From positions 42,718,001 to 42,782,000 of the forward strand of contig OX597815.1 of assembly GCA_951406725.2 (NCBI GenBank): a stretch of DNA of 64,000 nt, in the 5' to 3' direction. The first letter of the stretch is position 1, and every line of letters starts with the position of its first letter. The DNA comes from Octopus vulgaris (taxonomy: Eukaryota). Below the pieces are notes generated by a model. It was not told the DNA's origin, searched no databases, and was given only the letters and a program-made list of their open reading frames with translations. This document shows positions 37,925 to 51,784 of the stretch, one piece after another. The position numbers were made by a program, and so were the translations under genes.

Positions 37925-40295
37925 ACATTCTACATTATGTATTGAATACATTCCTTTCGTTTGTAAACAAAAACGTGCACCCGCTGCTATCCATTTAAGC
38001 CCTACCTATGAAACGAGGACAACCATTTCATGATAAAGATCTACCTTCTCCTTAACTCCTTGAAGAATATGCAAATACGGTTTTAAAACCTCCACGCATT
38101 ACACACTATTGAATCAAAAACGGAAATGAAAACGTTATGGTGCGAATGGGAAGGGAACACCTTTGAGATATAGACACCAATGAAATACCCTGCGAAAACG
38201 GAATTTTCAGTTCAGGAACTTGAATCTGCTTAATCAGTTTGATGAAAAACGGTAGGGCTTTGACATCAAACCAATTTATTGAACAAAAGTTCCTTGAAAA
38301 ATTATTTAAAACTTCAAAAAACTCTTCCAATGCCCACATACTTGCAGGCAACACATGAACTTACATATGAACTTACATACTTTACATTTCTGGCAAATGA
38401 TTTTACCAAAGTATACAAAACATAAATATACCCCCCATTCCCTTTAACACCTTTAACATAGAAACGAAAGAACACTTTTCAGATTCAAACAGAAAATCGC
38501 TTTCCGCGAACACTACATGACGGTTAGCGATCATAAATTTTATCTTGTTCTAAATGCGAGTTTTTAAGACTCCTCCAGAAACTTCTTCTCGAAACAATTA
38601 CCCTTACGATTAGTGGCTTCGCCAGATTGAATGCAAACTATTCTTCAGGTACATCTAATTCGATATACTTTACTTGTAATTATCTTTATCTAAAACCCTT
38701 CCCTTGAAAGTCCTCGAATTCAGGATAACGTTTACTATCAGCGACCTCGATAACTGGGTGAGCATGAACGCTTGCCACACTATTTGTCATCTCCATGGAT
38801 AACAACGATGGTACTGAGGCTAAAGATCTAGTGAGACTTTTCAAGCTAGACATCTATACAACACCAGACAATTTAGAGGCGTCACTTTCGTAATATCATA
38901 CACCGTGATCGACCACACTATGGATAAAATCTTAAAATCTGGTAGGGATATTAAAAAGTTCGATATAAATATCTCCATCAACACAAACCTTACAGTATGT
39001 AGCATTTTACGGATTACATTTGATTTAACCACAAGCAGGCATTATTACGAAGGGATGCTGCTAGAAAAATCATGCCCATTCACAAAAACTTTAGTTGTAC
39101 TTCAGGCATAATTAAGAACCTTGCAAACTGCATAACAATTAGTGACTTATCTTCAGACATTTAAAAAATATTTCTGTCTGAGTGACAAGAAGAGGAATTA
39201 GCAAGAAGCTAGTTTACGAGGAACAATTCACCAACACCCAGTTGCTGAACCGGGAAAAAAATAAACTGGCTGAATCCATCTCTTAATGAGAATATGAGTT
39301 CTAAAATAGCCAAGAACAAGTTTTTATCCTTAGTGAAAAACTATTTTATCCACACGCATACATACAACAAACACTTTAATACTAATGACATTAATATATT
39401 TAGTTGTCTTTTAAACTTTAGGTTTTGAAAATCTCAGAGCGTGTAGCCGTAATGTTAGCTTATTTTAACTTCTTTATATTGATCTGGGAAGAAAATAATT
39501 ACAATTTCAAAATAAATGTGTAAAAGGGATTACGTTTCGACTCTCTAATTTAGTTTCTGTACAGTTTTCTTTGTCTTTATACAAAAAAAAAAATGTTGAT
39601 TAGAATCAGTCTCAACTGCTTTTAGAAAACATATCAAATCATTTGGTTGTCATTTTCAGAAGTAAATAAATAAAAGAATTCACAAAGAAATCTGGTAGGG
39701 AATTTAACATATTAGATGCTTTGTAAATAATTTGTATCTAAATATATTACCGTGAAGATGTATTTTATTAAATAAATGTGACTGGAAAACCATGTAGCAA
39801 CATTAAAATTTTATACGTTTATTTTACGGCCAAATAAAATGTCGTGCAAACATTGAACTGGAATTATTTTATTCGTTAGTGTGAAAAAAGATCACGAAAA
39901 GAAAACATGAATGGTACAGGTCTCAGATCAATGCTACTCTGAGAATACAAGAGAAACATCGAGTGTATCGTGTCAGTGGGTATAAGCTGAGCATGTTTAA
40001 GATGGTGTTCTAAAATTTACTAAGATCAGTGCTTCAGAAAATTGGTGAATAAAGGTATGCCAATTCATCTAATAAACTTTTTGTCAGAGATGGATTCTTC
40101 AGTGAGTGTATGAGAAAAGGTCCTAGATAATTTAACGGAATCAATACTCATGTATAGTTATATTCCAAATTGAAACTTTGACTTCTTATAGTTGTTGTCG
40201 TTGTTATTATTATCATTGTTGTTGTAGTTGTTGTTGTTGTTGTTGTTCTTGTTGTTGGTCTTCTTGTTCTTGTTCTTCTCATTATTGTTATTCTT

Positions 40296-40697
40296 AAGGC
40301 GGCGAGCTGGCAGAAATGTTAGTACGCCGGGCGAAATGCGTAGCCGTATTTCGTCTGCCGTTACGGTCTGAGTTCAAATTCTGCCGAGGTCGACTTTGCC
40401 TTTCATCCTTTCGGGGTCGATAAATTAAGTGCTAGTTACGCACTGGGGTCGATATAATCGACTTAATCCATTTGTCTGTCCTTGTTTGTCTCCTCTGTGT
40501 TTAGTCCCTTGTGTGTAGTAAAGAAATAGGTAGTTCGTCTGCCTCTACATTCTGAGTTCAAATTTTGCTGAGGTCGACTTTGCCTTTCATCTTTACGGGG
40601 TCGATGAAATACGTACCACTTACGCAATGGGGTCGATGTAATTAATGTGTCCCCTCCCCAAAAATGTCAGGTCTTGTGCCTATAGTAGAAAGGATTA
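40296..40697 (+). mobile_element. SINE family A, full copy plus tandem partial copy
   Basis: Full unit 40296-40528, then a restart at ttcgtctgcc...gagttcaaatt...gaggtcgac with an alternative tail. Confidence 0.9.
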
Positions 40698-40919
40698 TAA
40701 TAATTGCTGTTGTTGTTGCTGCTACTGTTATTATTCGACATTTGATAGTCTCCTGCAAATTTCTACTGCATCTCCTGCTACACTCTGTGCTGCTGAGGCG
40801 TTTGTAGCATTGCTCTTTCCTACTTTTTTGTTGTTGTTGGGGAGTACAGACTCTTCACGGCATTGTGTCACGCCAGTCTGTTCTGTTACGGACCTTCGCG
40901 TGAGTCTATTGCATTAATG

Positions 40920-43200
40920 TTTGTGTTGTGTGTGTAATGCTAGTTGTGTTCTACTGGGTATCCGAACTGTAGGGTACATGTTGTGGGGGTTGTATATTTT
41001 GTTGGATATTTACTGTATAGAGTGTGTCATGTGTTTGTGAATTATTGTATGGTGTCTTGCGTAGGATGTAAGATGTTGCTAGGAGGGCTATTTTGGGGGG
41101 GATAAGGTGTAGTGTTGAAGGTTCAGGTTTAGGTTCTACGTTTTTCTTCATACGTTTTATTTTCGTCATACTTAATGCTTCAATTATTACTGGTATTATT
41201 TTCACCTTCATGTCCTTCATCTTCAATAGTACAATATCGAGATCTTTGTACTTTGACAAATTCTCCACTTCTCTGGGGGCTATATTTTGGTCAGAAAGGA
41301 TTGCAATGTTTATCCATAAGCAGGGGTTTTTCCCCAGTCCTTGATTAGTATGTCTGGACAATTAACTCTGATTTCTTTGTCAGCTATGCAGGTTTTGCAG
41401 TTTGCCAAAATCATGGCTGATATATTTTAGTAGTGTTGGAGCTGCTTTATTTGTGCAGAGTGACTCCAGTATCCATGACTGTGGAATACTATCGAACGTT
41501 TTCTTGTAATCAATCCTAGTTATGTTGAGGTTAATTTTTCTCTTTTTACAGTCTTCTATAATATATCGATTCATCAGAAGTTGCTCTTTACAACCATACA
41601 TACTTTTCTGCTATCTTTTTGTTCTTCTGGTAAAACATTGTCGTTTTACAGGTGTGTTACAAGCCGGTTTTTTGATAGGCATATTATTGGCCGATAATTT
41701 TTCTGGGTGTATGGTGTTTTTGTTTTGTTTGGTATTAGAGTGGTTTCTCCTTTCAGCAGCCAGCTTGGTGTTGATTCTGGGTTGCTTATTATTAAGTTAA
41801 ATGCTGCTGCGATGTCATTATGGGTACTGATGAGATGTTTCAGACAAAAGTTAGGCACCTTGCTTATCCCAGGTGTTTTACATCTACTAGTTGTCTTCAG
41901 TGTGTCAGTGATTTCTTGGCTTGTGCTAGTGGGCCGCACCTGTGGGGCTCTTTTTTCTTCCTTTCCTTTTCTCTATTTATCCATTGAACATTTTTGTTGT
42001 TTATTCTTGTTTGCCCCATATTCCTTCCATCTATTAACTGAATCTTTGATGTTGTTGACATGTCACATACTGATATCGATTTTTTGTTTAAGTTTCTCTA
42101 AAATCTTTTAGCGATTATTTTAAATTCTGCATTTTCTCCGAAGAAGTGTTCGTGCTTTTCATATGCGGCAAAATTTTGGTGCTATGCTCTCCTTAAGTTT
42201 TTATTTTCCTCCTAGGTATCTTCTTTATTTCTTATACCGTAGTGTTTTTTTTTATATATATAAGTCTCCTTTTTCATATCTATCTGATCATTCTTTCTCT
42301 AATTCACAAAGCCTGTCAATTTTGTTTATTATAATCTTGTTTGGGATTTGGCTGTTTTTTTAAAATCTTTATAAGGGCTGAATCTAGTTTTCCTGGTTAT
42401 CACTACAGTTGTTAAATATGTTGATATCCAGGGTGTCATTTGATGTGGTTATTATTTCTTGTATGATTCTGTTGTATCCTTCCACAGAGCTGTTTATTTA
42501 TTTTTTTTGTAGTTGGGGAAGATGTTTACACTGACACATATTTATCGACTTTATATTTTCTACTATTTTGTTATTGCTTCTGTCAGTTCGTTTCCACCAT
42601 CGATTATAGTTGGTCTGTTATATTGTTCGTTGTCATTTTGTGCTTCAGCATTTGCTTGTCTATGTGTGTTGTTGATTAGCTATACTGTGCTACTTATTCC
42701 CGGTGTGAGAGATTTTACTTTGTTTTAGCTTTTTATTTACTCTATGCATGATTACTTACGTTATATTTCTTTCTTTTTTGGAGTCTTATGCGTGTTCGAA
42801 GATATAATTTCTGATGAGCTATTTTTGTTTGACTGTTGTCTCTTCTTTTGAGTTGTTCGGTGCTTTGCTTTATTTTCAGTGTGCAATTTTTCTATAAGTT
42901 TGTCTATTTCGGTTCTGGGAACTTTTCCTTCTCGCAGGATATATAGTCAGACGTTTAGAAGTGCCTTTTGAGTGATATTTTTCTGGTATCATTATTATTT
43001 TCTCTCGATATCTCATATGTTTCTTTCGTTATTCCAGTGTGTTTTGCGTAGTGTTGCAGTGTAGAATGTATACAGTACTTCAATGTAGTCCTCATATGTC
43101 TATCTTTCTATTTTGGTTTTGTTTTGCGTTTAGGCAGTGACATTTAGAGATGGGTATGTCTGTCCACTGGTAACACTGTCCTAGGATGTGTGCTAACGTT
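40920..43200 (-). mobile_element. Decayed, internally deleted R4/Dong-clade LINE
   Basis: KTPG..VPNFCLK, GETTLIPNK, NYRPIICL, GCKEQLLMN and IDYKKTFDSIPQSWI, then directly KYKDLDI...IIPVII...ALLATSYILRK. The 5' boundary is approximate. Confidence 0.8.
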
Positions 43201-43424
43201 TCTTTTGTGTCCTGATTGTCTGAGACTCACAGATCGAAATTCACCTCTATTTTTTCTTGATACATTCTTTGCCAAGCATAACAGTTTTTTCTTTCTGTTT
43301 AAAATCAAGCGTGTTGCATTATTAATTTACTTATTTACTTCAGGCCTTGCGCCTGTAATAAAAAAGCATTATAATTATCATATTCGAAACAGTCTCACAT
43401 ATTGTGAGTGAGTGTAGCAATCTA

Positions 43425-43706
43425 GCCTAAAAGCACTACAAGAGGAGGCACGATATCACAGTTAAATTCATCCACTGGAGACTGTGTGAAAAATACGGCC
43501 TGAACAAAGCAAGGAAATTGTACGAACATGAACCAGAAAAAGTCACCGAGAACAAGGAACATAAGATACTGTGGAATTTTAGAATCCAATGTGATTCCCT
43601 AATCGAGGCTCGAAGACCAGATATTGTTGTGGTAGATAAAGGAAAAAAGGAAACCAAGACCGTAGATATTGCAATACCTGGAGATGCACGCATAAGTGAT
43701 AAAGAA
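43425..43706 (+). mobile_element. R4/Dong-type restriction-like endonuclease fragment
   Basis: YKRRHD...IHWRLC...YEHEPEKVTEN...ILWNFRIQCD...ARRPDIVVVDK...DIAIPGD. Confidence 0.85.
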
Positions 43707-43718
43707 CTATTATTATAA

Positions 43719-43786
<68 letters not shown>

Positions 43787-43789
43787 ATC

Positions 43790-44001
43790 AAGACCGTAAG
43801 CTGGCAGAATCGTTAGCACGCCAGGAAAAATGCTTAGCGGCATTTCGTCCATCTTCACGCGCTGAGTTCAAATTCCACTGAGGTCAACTTTGCCTTTCAT
43901 CTGTTTGGGGTCGATAAATTAAGCACCAGCGAAACACTCGGGTCGGTGTAATAGTCTCATCCCTTCTACAAAAAGGCTTCCTTTGTGGCGAAATTTGAAA
44001 C

Positions 44002-44052
<51 letters not shown>

Positions 44053-44262
44053 GGCGGTGAGCTTGAAGAATCGTTAACACGCTGGAAAAAATGCTTAGCG
44101 GCATTTCGTCCGTCTTCACTTTCTGAGTCCAAATTCCGCCGAGGTCGACTTTGCCTTTCATCTTTTGGGGGTCGATGAAATACGTACCAGTTGCGTACTG
44201 AAGTCGATATAATTAAATAGCTCCTCCCCCCAAATTTTAAGCCTTGTGCTTTTAGTAGAAAG
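43790..44262 (+). mobile_element. Two tandem SINE family A copies separated by (TTA)n
   Basis: Copies at about 43790-44000 and 44051-44262 with head, B-box and gtcgactttgcctttcatc body. Confidence 0.85.
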
Positions 44263-44879
44263 AAAAATTTTGTATTATGTTATTGAACACTATGATTGTA
44301 AATTACTGCTTAATTTTTCTTAGTTTGGCTTCAAATCAACTATCATCCTTAATACAATGCTTTAAGCTGAAATTATCTTTTGAAGAACATAACCTGTTTC
44401 CAAGAAGGGGATATTTTCGGAACTCTAGCATGCCTGTCTTAACGTCCAACTTTTGCAGGTGATTTGATAGCATTGCTGCAAATGAACCTAATGCTACAGC
44501 TTCCATAACTCTTGTGACATCCACTTTTACTGCGCGGCATTCTTTCATTCATGTTATCTTTTATTTCACCATATTTCAAAACTTTTTCTATTTTCCTTTC
44601 TGATAGGTTTTAGTCAGAAGAAATTCTTTCCTCTGATATGAATCGTTCTTTTTGTATGTCATGTATTATGACATCTAAAGAACAGTTTAGGGAGTTTATT
44701 TAGGGCATTTTCTGGTACATATCTACTCCACATATCTAAGGTGTTGTATCCATATTTTTTTACAAAGTAACCACAATAAATTGAGATAAAATATATCAAA
44801 CCGTCTCTTGTATTCCCTATGAGATAGATCTATTCAGCCTGCTCCGATATAATCAGTTTTTCCATCAGCTGATAATATA

Positions 44880-45124
44880 TATTTCTTTACTACCCACAAG
44901 GGGCTAAACATGGAGAGGACGGACAAAGGGATTAAGTCGATTATATCGACCCCAGTGCGAAACTGGTACTTTATTTATCGACCCCGAAAGGATGAAAGGC
45001 AAAGTCAACCTCGGCGGAATTTGAACTCAGAACGTAGCGACAGACGAAATACCGCTGAGCATTTCGCCCGGCGCGCTAACGTTTCTGCCAGCTCGCCGCC
45101 TATATCTGCCAGCTCGCCGCCTAT
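44880..45124 (-). mobile_element. SINE family A, full length, with 16-bp target-site duplication
   Basis: Reverse complement of the family A unit; atcagctgataatata at 44864-44879 and 45128-45143. Confidence 0.9.
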
Positions 45125-46067
45125 GTTATCAGCTGATAATATAGGTGGCATGTGTTCCTTGAAGTGGTGAAATCAAAAATTGTTATTCACTGAACTGTTG
45201 TTTAGTGGCTTAATATAAAGAAACTACCAACTGACTTCAGTTTCTCTGTCTCTGTCTGTCCGTCTGTCTGTCTGACTCTCTCTTTCTCTCTATCTCTATA
45301 ACTCTCTCTCTCTCTCTTTCTCTTTCTCTCTAATTGTCTATGAGATAACATTTTTCGCACTTTTGTACCTGTGTGAAACTGCCCACATGTCGGCATTTCT
45401 TATATCGCTTTCTTTATTTCAGAAATTATTTTGGTTTGTTATTCTTCCTTTTCTTCAGTTTCAACGGCAGTATCTTCTTAGTTTATTACAGCAAGTTTAA
45501 ATAGTTCGTAACTCTTTGCAAGACAGAGTTTTTATGACCATAGCCTTCCATCCATTCAATCAGAAATGCTAGTAAGTCCTCTCCCACCCGTCCTCCGTTT
45601 CATGTGTATACATGAAACACTCGATGTATAATTGGGGATATTGCGTCGTATTTCTCTCTAATGTATCTATTTCCTCTTTCACCCAATCCACCGTTCGAAC
45701 AATGTTTCGCAAGAGCACAGCTCACAGGTGGTTCACATTTATCAAATTCTTTAAATTAAGCTTGAACTTCTAGGTCTTTAATCTTGTTTAAACATATTGT
45801 TTTCCACTTTTCATTCATCTTTTCGTGTTCTTTAAGTTCTAAATTCCGTTCTTCCATTAAACTTGGCTCTTTCTTCTCTCTCTCTTTCTCTCTCTCACAC
45901 ACACACACTCACTCACTCACTCACTCACTCACTCACTCACTCTCTCATTCACTCTCTCTCCCCATGTCCACAGTGCACTGTTTGGGAAGCCAAACCCCAT
46001 TTCAAGAGAACTGCAATGGACCTTTATTGTTTAACAAAGCGGATAAATGATTTAGCAAACATCTCTT

Positions 46068-46440
46068 TTACTCTTTTATCTGTTTCAGTCATTTGACTGC
46101 GGCCATGCTGGAACACCGCCTTTAGTCGAGCAAATCGACCCCAGGACTTATTCTTTGTAAGCCTAGTACTCATTCTATCGATCTCTTTTGCCGAACCGCT
46201 AAGTTACGGGGACATGAACACACCAACATCGGTTGTCAAGCGATGTTGGGGGGACAAACACAGACACACAAACACACATACATATATATATAAATATACA
46301 TATATACGACGGGCTTCTTTCGGTTTCCGTCTATCAAATACACTCACAAGGCTTTAGTCGGCCCGAAGCTATAGTGGGACTGAACCCGGAACCATGTGGT
46401 TGGTAAGCAAGCTACTTACCACATAGCCACTCCTGCGCCC
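46068..46440 (-). mobile_element. SINE family B, near full length
   Basis: Head ggcgcaggagtggct.tgtggtaag...ggttcagtccc, internal microsatellite, tail atgactgaaacagataaaag. Confidence 0.9.
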
Positions 46441-46918
46441 CTTTAAACGATTTAGGAAAGGTAAGTTCCTCCCTAATGTATAGCCTATGTTGACATTTCA
46501 AAGTGTCATTGAGATAGGTATTAGCACGATAACAAATTAACAAAGAGGCAGTTCACTCTGTAATGTTTCTTTTAACGGCTGCACCTCCCAAGTCACTTCC
46601 TGTTCATTATCAAGTAAGTGTTCCAGGGTGTCCTACCAGCACTGAGGGTGTTGAAGATTTCAACCGTTCCAAACATTCTGTGTAACTCCACAACTCAAGA
46701 ATGGGTTTATAGAGTTGTAAGGCATTTTGAGGCCGATCCCTGCTATTTGGAAATTAGCCTGTCTTTGCTTGAAACTCTCCATTATCATTTTTTAAAGATA
46801 ATCAAATGGTCTTTAGAAGCGTTTTGAGTGTTTCTTGCACCACTCGCGTTCATTAGGTAATAATTTGTTCTGCATCAAATGTTTATATGTTTTCTCAGAA
46901 AAATAATTGGTAGTAACA

Positions 46919-47446
46919 TACAGGCGTGGCTGTGTTGTAAGAAGATTGCTACCCAAACACATAGCTCTGTATTCAGTCTCAGAAACTTAGATAGATGCCT
47001 TCTACTAAGCTACAGGCCAATCAAAGCCTTTGTCAATGCATTTGGTTCGCGGAAACTGAAAGAATCCCCTCGAATATACATATACATACATATAGGGGTA
47101 GGAGTAGCTGTGTGGTAAGTAGCTTGCTTACCAACCAAATGATTCCGGCTTCAGTCTCACTGTGTTGCACCTTGGGGAAGTGTCTTCTACTATAGCCTCG
47201 GGTCTACCAAAGCCTTGTCAATAGATTTGATATATATGTATGTGTGCCTATGTTTGACCCCCAACGTATCTTGACAACCGATGCTGGTGCGTTTACGTCC
47301 CTGTAAATTAGTGGTTCGGCAAAAGATAGCGGTAGAATAAGTACTAGGTGTACAAGAATAAGTCCTCGGGTCGATTTTCTCGACTAAAGGTGGTGCTCCA
47401 GCATGGCCGCAGTCAAATGACTGAAACAAGTATAAGAATAAAAGAA
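46919..47446 (+). mobile_element. SINE family B: head fragment (46919-47075) plus near-full copy (47095-47446)
   Basis: Matches the reverse complement of 46068-46440. Confidence 0.85.
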
Positions 47447-47453
47447 TACGTAC

Positions 47454-47593
<140 letters not shown>

Positions 47594-47786
47594 TTTTATA
47601 TGTATAGCGTTGTCAACAAAAATGCCGACAATTTTATTAATGATAAAAAATGTCACATCAACACGGCAGAAACTATTGATAAATGTCAGGAATCTAGTAA
47701 ATATATGTACATACACAGAACTGATGCGGTTGAAGAATCAGATACGCTTATGACATCTAGGTAGAAAATATCGTCCACCTGATAAG

Positions 47787-47846
<60 letters not shown>

Positions 47847-47859
47847 GATATATAGATAC

Positions 47860-48635
47860 ATTGACGCCTCCACCTCGTATATCTATTCTCACCTAGCCCT
47901 TACCTCCTTCAAACAAGCTCATAACCTGCGTGACCTCCAGGTCCACAATTTCTTCCCTAATCTACCTCGAAGCCTGGCTCGTTCCTCTGCTCCCGCCCAC
48001 GCAGTCGCACCTGCCTCTACCTCTCCAGCATCATCATGCGCACGGCACCCATCATTGTCCCTATCACATCATCGATTCCATTACCTGCACTTCTAGTAAC
48101 GTCATTTACTGCATCTCCTGCTCTTTCTACTCTCCCCTGTACATAGGTCAACCGGGACGCCGCTTGGTGTACCTTCGAGACATCAGATTTGGCAATGACA
48201 CCCTGTCTCGCGCCATTTCCGCTCTACCGGTCATCGACTACAACATCTGCCTGTGTTCGGACTGTCTTTGCACAGAGGCTCTCGCGAAACTCGTCTTCGC
48301 CGTGAACAGGAGTTAATCTTTTCTCTTCCCTCCTTTGCGTCACATTGGCTCAACTCCTTCCTCTCTTCATCGGACACCTACTTCCTCTCTTCACTCCTAC
48401 CTACCTTCTCTCTTCATTAAAACTTTTTTCTAATCATTCGCCATGCTTGACCGCTAAATTTATAAGTTATTTTTCATTCCCCCTCTGTTTATTTCCTCTA
48501 TTCCTTTCTGTTGAAGAGCGTAGACTCGAAACGCAAAAGACTATTTCATTTTCCCCGAGCGTCAAACTAAAACATCTACTTGTTGTTCATACACCTATCT
48601 TCGTCTTTTGTTTTCCTATAAATTACTATAATTAC
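47860..48635 (+). mobile_element. 3' part of a Penelope-like element (GIY-YIG endonuclease relic plus pLTR)
   Basis: ITCTSSNVIYCISC...LYIGQPGRRL...LRDIR is a GIY-YIG signature; hammerhead-like ttgaagagcgtagactcgaaacg at about 48511-48533; starts after (TA)n. Confidence 0.8.
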
Positions 48636-48644
48636 CATATGTAT

Positions 48645-51125
48645 CAGGCATGCCACTGATGGGTTTTCCCACCCAAATCTGGGTTTTGGGGAACAATGAT
48701 GGGGTTATGTGTTTTAATTTCCAAATTTATATTAAATCTGTGTTTTTAAGTTAGTTTTGGCTGCAAGCTTACCTTTTAAATAGAATTCGGTGTCATACTC
48801 TTTGTATGCAATATGTACCAAAGTTGCAGCTCTTCTTATACTTGGGTAAACTTTCTATATATCATCCGTAGCGTAATTACAGATCATACGCGTTCATTAC
48901 TTGTTTATACTTGTATCATACCAGGCAACTACAAGTTACAACGCGTTGGTGGCTGCTTGTAACACTTGTCTGAAACTCTGACACCGCCAGTTGACAACTT
49001 GACTGTATTGATGGTGTACGCTTCGATTGTTACTCGCGATTTAAAATTTGAGTGAGCGTTTTTGCTTTGTAACCTTTTGCGAAGTAATGGCAGACGATAA
49101 TGTGTCCAAAAAGAGGAAGTGGTACACCCAAAATTTCAAGAAGTCATGGTTGGAGGATGCTGAGCTTAAAGATTGTTTACAGCAAGATGATAAAAATCCT
49201 GACACCTGCTACTGCGTCTGTTGCAACGTTGTGTTGAAAAATACAAACAAATCAATGCTGTTAGCTCATAAAAGCACTGCCAAACACAAGGAAGCTTTTG
49301 ATTGTGCGAAATCTGCTGTTAAATTAGATTCATTTGTTGTTTAAATAATAAAAAAAACCCAGATGATGCATTAAATGAAAAAGTAGCTAAGTCAGACTAG
49401 CTACTAACAGATTATATAAATCACTTAGCTGGAATTGGTAAAAGGTCTTTCACGATAGTGAAATAGCTAAAAATCTACAAATTAAAAAGAAAAACAAAAT
49501 TAACATAGATTATGCAAGACGGAATTGCACATTATGAGCGATATGAATTCTTAGGAAATTTTCAAGAAGCAAAAGTTTTCAGTATTAGTAGATGAAAGTA
49601 CGGACATCTCAGTGACACAAATCTTAGCAATAGTTGTTCGCTTTTTTTTTTATGAACAATCGCTTAATGTCAAGTATGCTCTTCTCGATTCCATTGTTGT
49701 AGAAAATGGTTCGTGTCAGTGTTTGTACGATGCTGTCAAGCCTACACTTACAAAAGATGTATCTATGAGCAACATAATTGGATTCACCAGCGATAATTGC
49801 TCAACGTTGATGGGTAAGAATAGGCTGTGTTTGACATTTGTTTGCACTGTGTTTGCCATTCGTACGCGTGCATTACTTGTTTATATTTGTATCATACCAG
49901 GCAACTACAAGTTACAACGCGTTGGTGGCTGCTTGTACACTTGTCTGAAACCCCTGACACCACCAGTTGACAACTTGACTATATTGATGGTGTACACTTC
50001 GATTGTTACTCGCGATTTAACTGACTTTTCTCGAAGTAGCAACCTCAAAATGACTTCAATATAGTGCAAAATATGATACAACTAGATGGTTGTCACGTGA
50101 AAATGTAATTAACGGTATAATAGAACAGTGGGATACCCTTGTACTTTATTTGAGACTGAGGCTAAAGTAGAAGTGGACGGAGCAAAAATAATCTATGAAA
50201 AAATGATTAAGAAAAGGACGAAGCACATGCTGCTCTTCTTACATTATATATTAAAGAAAGTAAATGCACTTAATGTCGAGTTTCAATCGGAACACTTTCG
50301 ACTGCATCTGTTGCATACACTCGTATCCAGTGAATATAAAAATATCCATAATTCTTCATAAAAGAGGATGTTTTAACTTTATCTAAATTATCAGATATTG
50401 ATCTTAATAACAACGGACGCGCAATCTGATATCTAGAACAAAACCCCATCGTTGGTGACTCAGTTAGATTCAAAACTGATTGCAAAAGTTTTTTAATAGA
50501 ATTATGCTCTCAAATAAAAATGCGCTTTCCTCTCGATGAAGCTGGAGGGTTTGCCCTCTTAAGAAACACTTGATCCAAAAGTAGCGCGCGATCTCAATAA
50601 CTCTCTTTAGTCAATAATTCCCTTGGCATCAAACTTTCCAGCAATAACACCAGAAAACACACTTGATGAACTACACGATGAGTGGAGATTATTTCGGCAA
50701 TATAAAGATATTCCTGTTTCCTCAAATAGCCTCCCTGTATTCTGGTGTTCCATACGCAATCTTAAAGACAGGCTTGACAACTCTAAATTTGAGAGGCTGT
50801 CACTATTCATGACTAATTTAATGGTGTTACCTCATTCATCGGCGTCCGTGTAGTGCATGTTTTTCCCAAGTAAATTGCACAAAGACAAAGGTCACTCGCT
50901 AAACAAACAATTACAAGAAAGGGAGCGTCATGCATTTCTTGGGAGCCGAACGCAAAAGCTATTAAAGATGTAGTGTATGGGACTTGTCATCGTAGATATA
51001 CGAGTAGATTGAACTTCGAAAAGGAAGGAATGAAGATGATGTGAATATGTATGAAATTGACAATTGGCTGCCATATGATAGGGTCGGGGGTTTTTGCAGT
51101 AAATACTTTAGGTGTTTTCTTCTTA
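48645..51125 (+). mobile_element. Decayed hAT-superfamily DNA transposon
   Basis: N-terminal zinc finger FKKSWL...CYCVCC...HKSTAKH, FSVLVDESTDIS, GFTSDNCSTLMG, HCVCH (CxxH) and C-terminal FW...LPHSSASV dimerisation motif; multiple stops and frameshifts. Right terminal inverted repeat not found. Confidence 0.85.
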
Positions 51126-51219
51126 TTTGATGATACACAAACATACACACGCTCTCTCTCTCTCTCTGTCTGTCTGTCTGTCTGTCTCTCTCTCACACAC
51201 ACATATATATGTATATATA

Positions 51220-51385
51220 CACGACAGGCTACTTTCAGTTTCCGTCTACGAAATCCACCCACAAAGCTTTGGTCGACCCGAGGCTATAGTAGAAAACACT
51301 TGCCCAATGTGCTACGCAGTGGGACTGAACCCGGAACCAGGTGGTTGGTAAGCAAGCTACTTACCACACAGCCACTCCTGTGCCT
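51220..51385 (-). mobile_element. SINE family B, 5' half
   Basis: Reverse complement gives aggcacaggagtggctgtgtggtaag...gggttcagtcccactgcg. Confidence 0.85.
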
Positions 51386-51469
51386 ATGTATTTATATAAA
51401 TATATATACATATATATATAATACACACACATACGTATATGTATGCATGTATGCATGTATATATGTATG

Positions 51470-51523
<54 letters not shown>

Positions 51524-51739
51524 TACATATACATACATTTCTGAACAGACTTATATCTCTCTCTCTCCTCCCTCTCTCTCTCCCTCTCGCTCTCTATTTC
51601 TCTCTCTCTCCCTCTCCCTCTCTCTCTCTCTCTCTCACACATACACACACGCTTATCGTTCATATATAGGCTGTTATGTGAACGATAATACTTTGAAAAT
51701 GGAAGTGTTTAATATTTAATTTCATATGTATATTTAAAT

Positions 51740-51784
<45 letters not shown>

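Noticed and set aside
37930-39390. Possible decayed Penelope-like RT (also about 53300-55200)
   Set aside because: Only faint motif resemblance and strand skew; cannot be supported without BLASTX.
47725-47782. Another hammerhead-like string (ttgaaga...gaaaatatcgtc)
   Set aside because: Stems I-III could not be paired convincingly.
51051-51719. 222-aa ORF
   Set aside because: Runs through microsatellites and an antisense SINE. The same applies to the many YIYI/CVCV/THTH ORFs.
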